From: a virus
Virus record (IMG/VR): IMGVR_UViG_3300047564_002270
Location: 64,001-128,000 of that record
Direction: 5' to 3' (one strand)
DNA: 64,000 nt
Every line of letters starts with the position of its first letter. Within the stretch, counting starts at the first letter, position 1. This document shows, piece after piece, positions 63,632 through 64,000 of the stretch. Below the pieces are notes generated by a model. It was not told where the DNA came from. It did no database searches and saw nothing but the letters and a program-made list of their open reading frames with translations. Made by a program: the position numbers and the translations under genes.

Positions 63632-63655
63632 TACTTTCAGTTCAATAAAAGATCA

Positions 63656-64000
63656 ATGCCTCAATATCGTGCCGACGTCTGGTTGGGTTCCTCCTCTGGA
63701 CGTCAAGAAATCACCGTAAGTTCTAATACCAGTTATGGTGCTAAAGAACAGATTATGAACATCTACGGTGTCGAGGACAATGACATTCGCAATCTTCATC
63801 AAGTAAGTGGTGGTGGTTCTTCTGGTGGAACTTCTATCGAAGGTGGTGGATGGTTGATTGGATTATTTGGAGTTCTTGCTCTCTGGTATTTTCTGACCCC
63901 TTGGGTTGCTATGCTTGCTGGAGGTGCTGGTGCTACTTGGGTAGCAGAGAAACTCTGTGGAACCTCACTTGAAGGTGCCTGTGATAATGACAACAATAAG
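63656..64000 (+). CDS. Membrane protein, 3'-truncated (not in the ORF track)
   Basis: MPQYRADVWLGSSSGRQ... followed by hydrophobic segments; open to the window end. Confidence 0.7.
   Translation, partial: MPQYRADVWLGSSSGRQEITVSSNTSYGAKEQIMNIYGVEDNDIRNLHQVSGGGSSGGTSIEGGGWLIGLFGVLALWYFLTPWVAMLAGGAGATWVAEKLCGTSLEGACDNDNNK

Noticed and set aside
1-64000. Alternative genetic code, introns or inteins
   Set aside because: Core genes are full length under the standard code, all three stops are used, and no intein or intron signatures were noticed.

Overview
A 64 kb segment of an AT-rich T4-like cyanomyovirus (cyanophage) genome, almost entirely on the + strand. Left arm (1-9.3 kb): a glycosyltransferase, glutaredoxin, speD, a tandem glutamine (glnA-type) riboswitch ahead of a DUF4278-like peptide, thyX, phoH, an exonuclease and the T4 core genes 33, 59 and 32. 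Middle (9.3-55.3 kb): baseplate/tail module (gp53, gp48 and gp4 on the minus strand; then tube-like protein, gp26/gp51-like pair, two tape-measure-like proteins, hub, cp12, gp5), tRNA-Thr(UGU), a Mom-like DNA modifier and many large fibre, adhesin and collagen-like proteins. Right arm (55.3-64 kb): a variable early-type region with a split adenine methyltransferase, a ParB-like protein, an SF2 helicase, RlpA, a second glutaredoxin and small ORFs. Top observations: (1) two nested phycobiliprotein-like helical domains with Cys at the bilin-attachment positions inside a 1820-aa fibre protein; (2) a complete -1 frameshift signal joining the gp26-like and gp51-like ORFs just before the tape-measure gene; (3) a tandem glutamine riboswitch that may be interlocked; (4) a split, order-permuted DNA methyltransferase; (5) a repeated 21-nt palindromic box 27-29 nt upstream of -10 hexamers. 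All family assignments come from motif recognition by eye; no searches were run.
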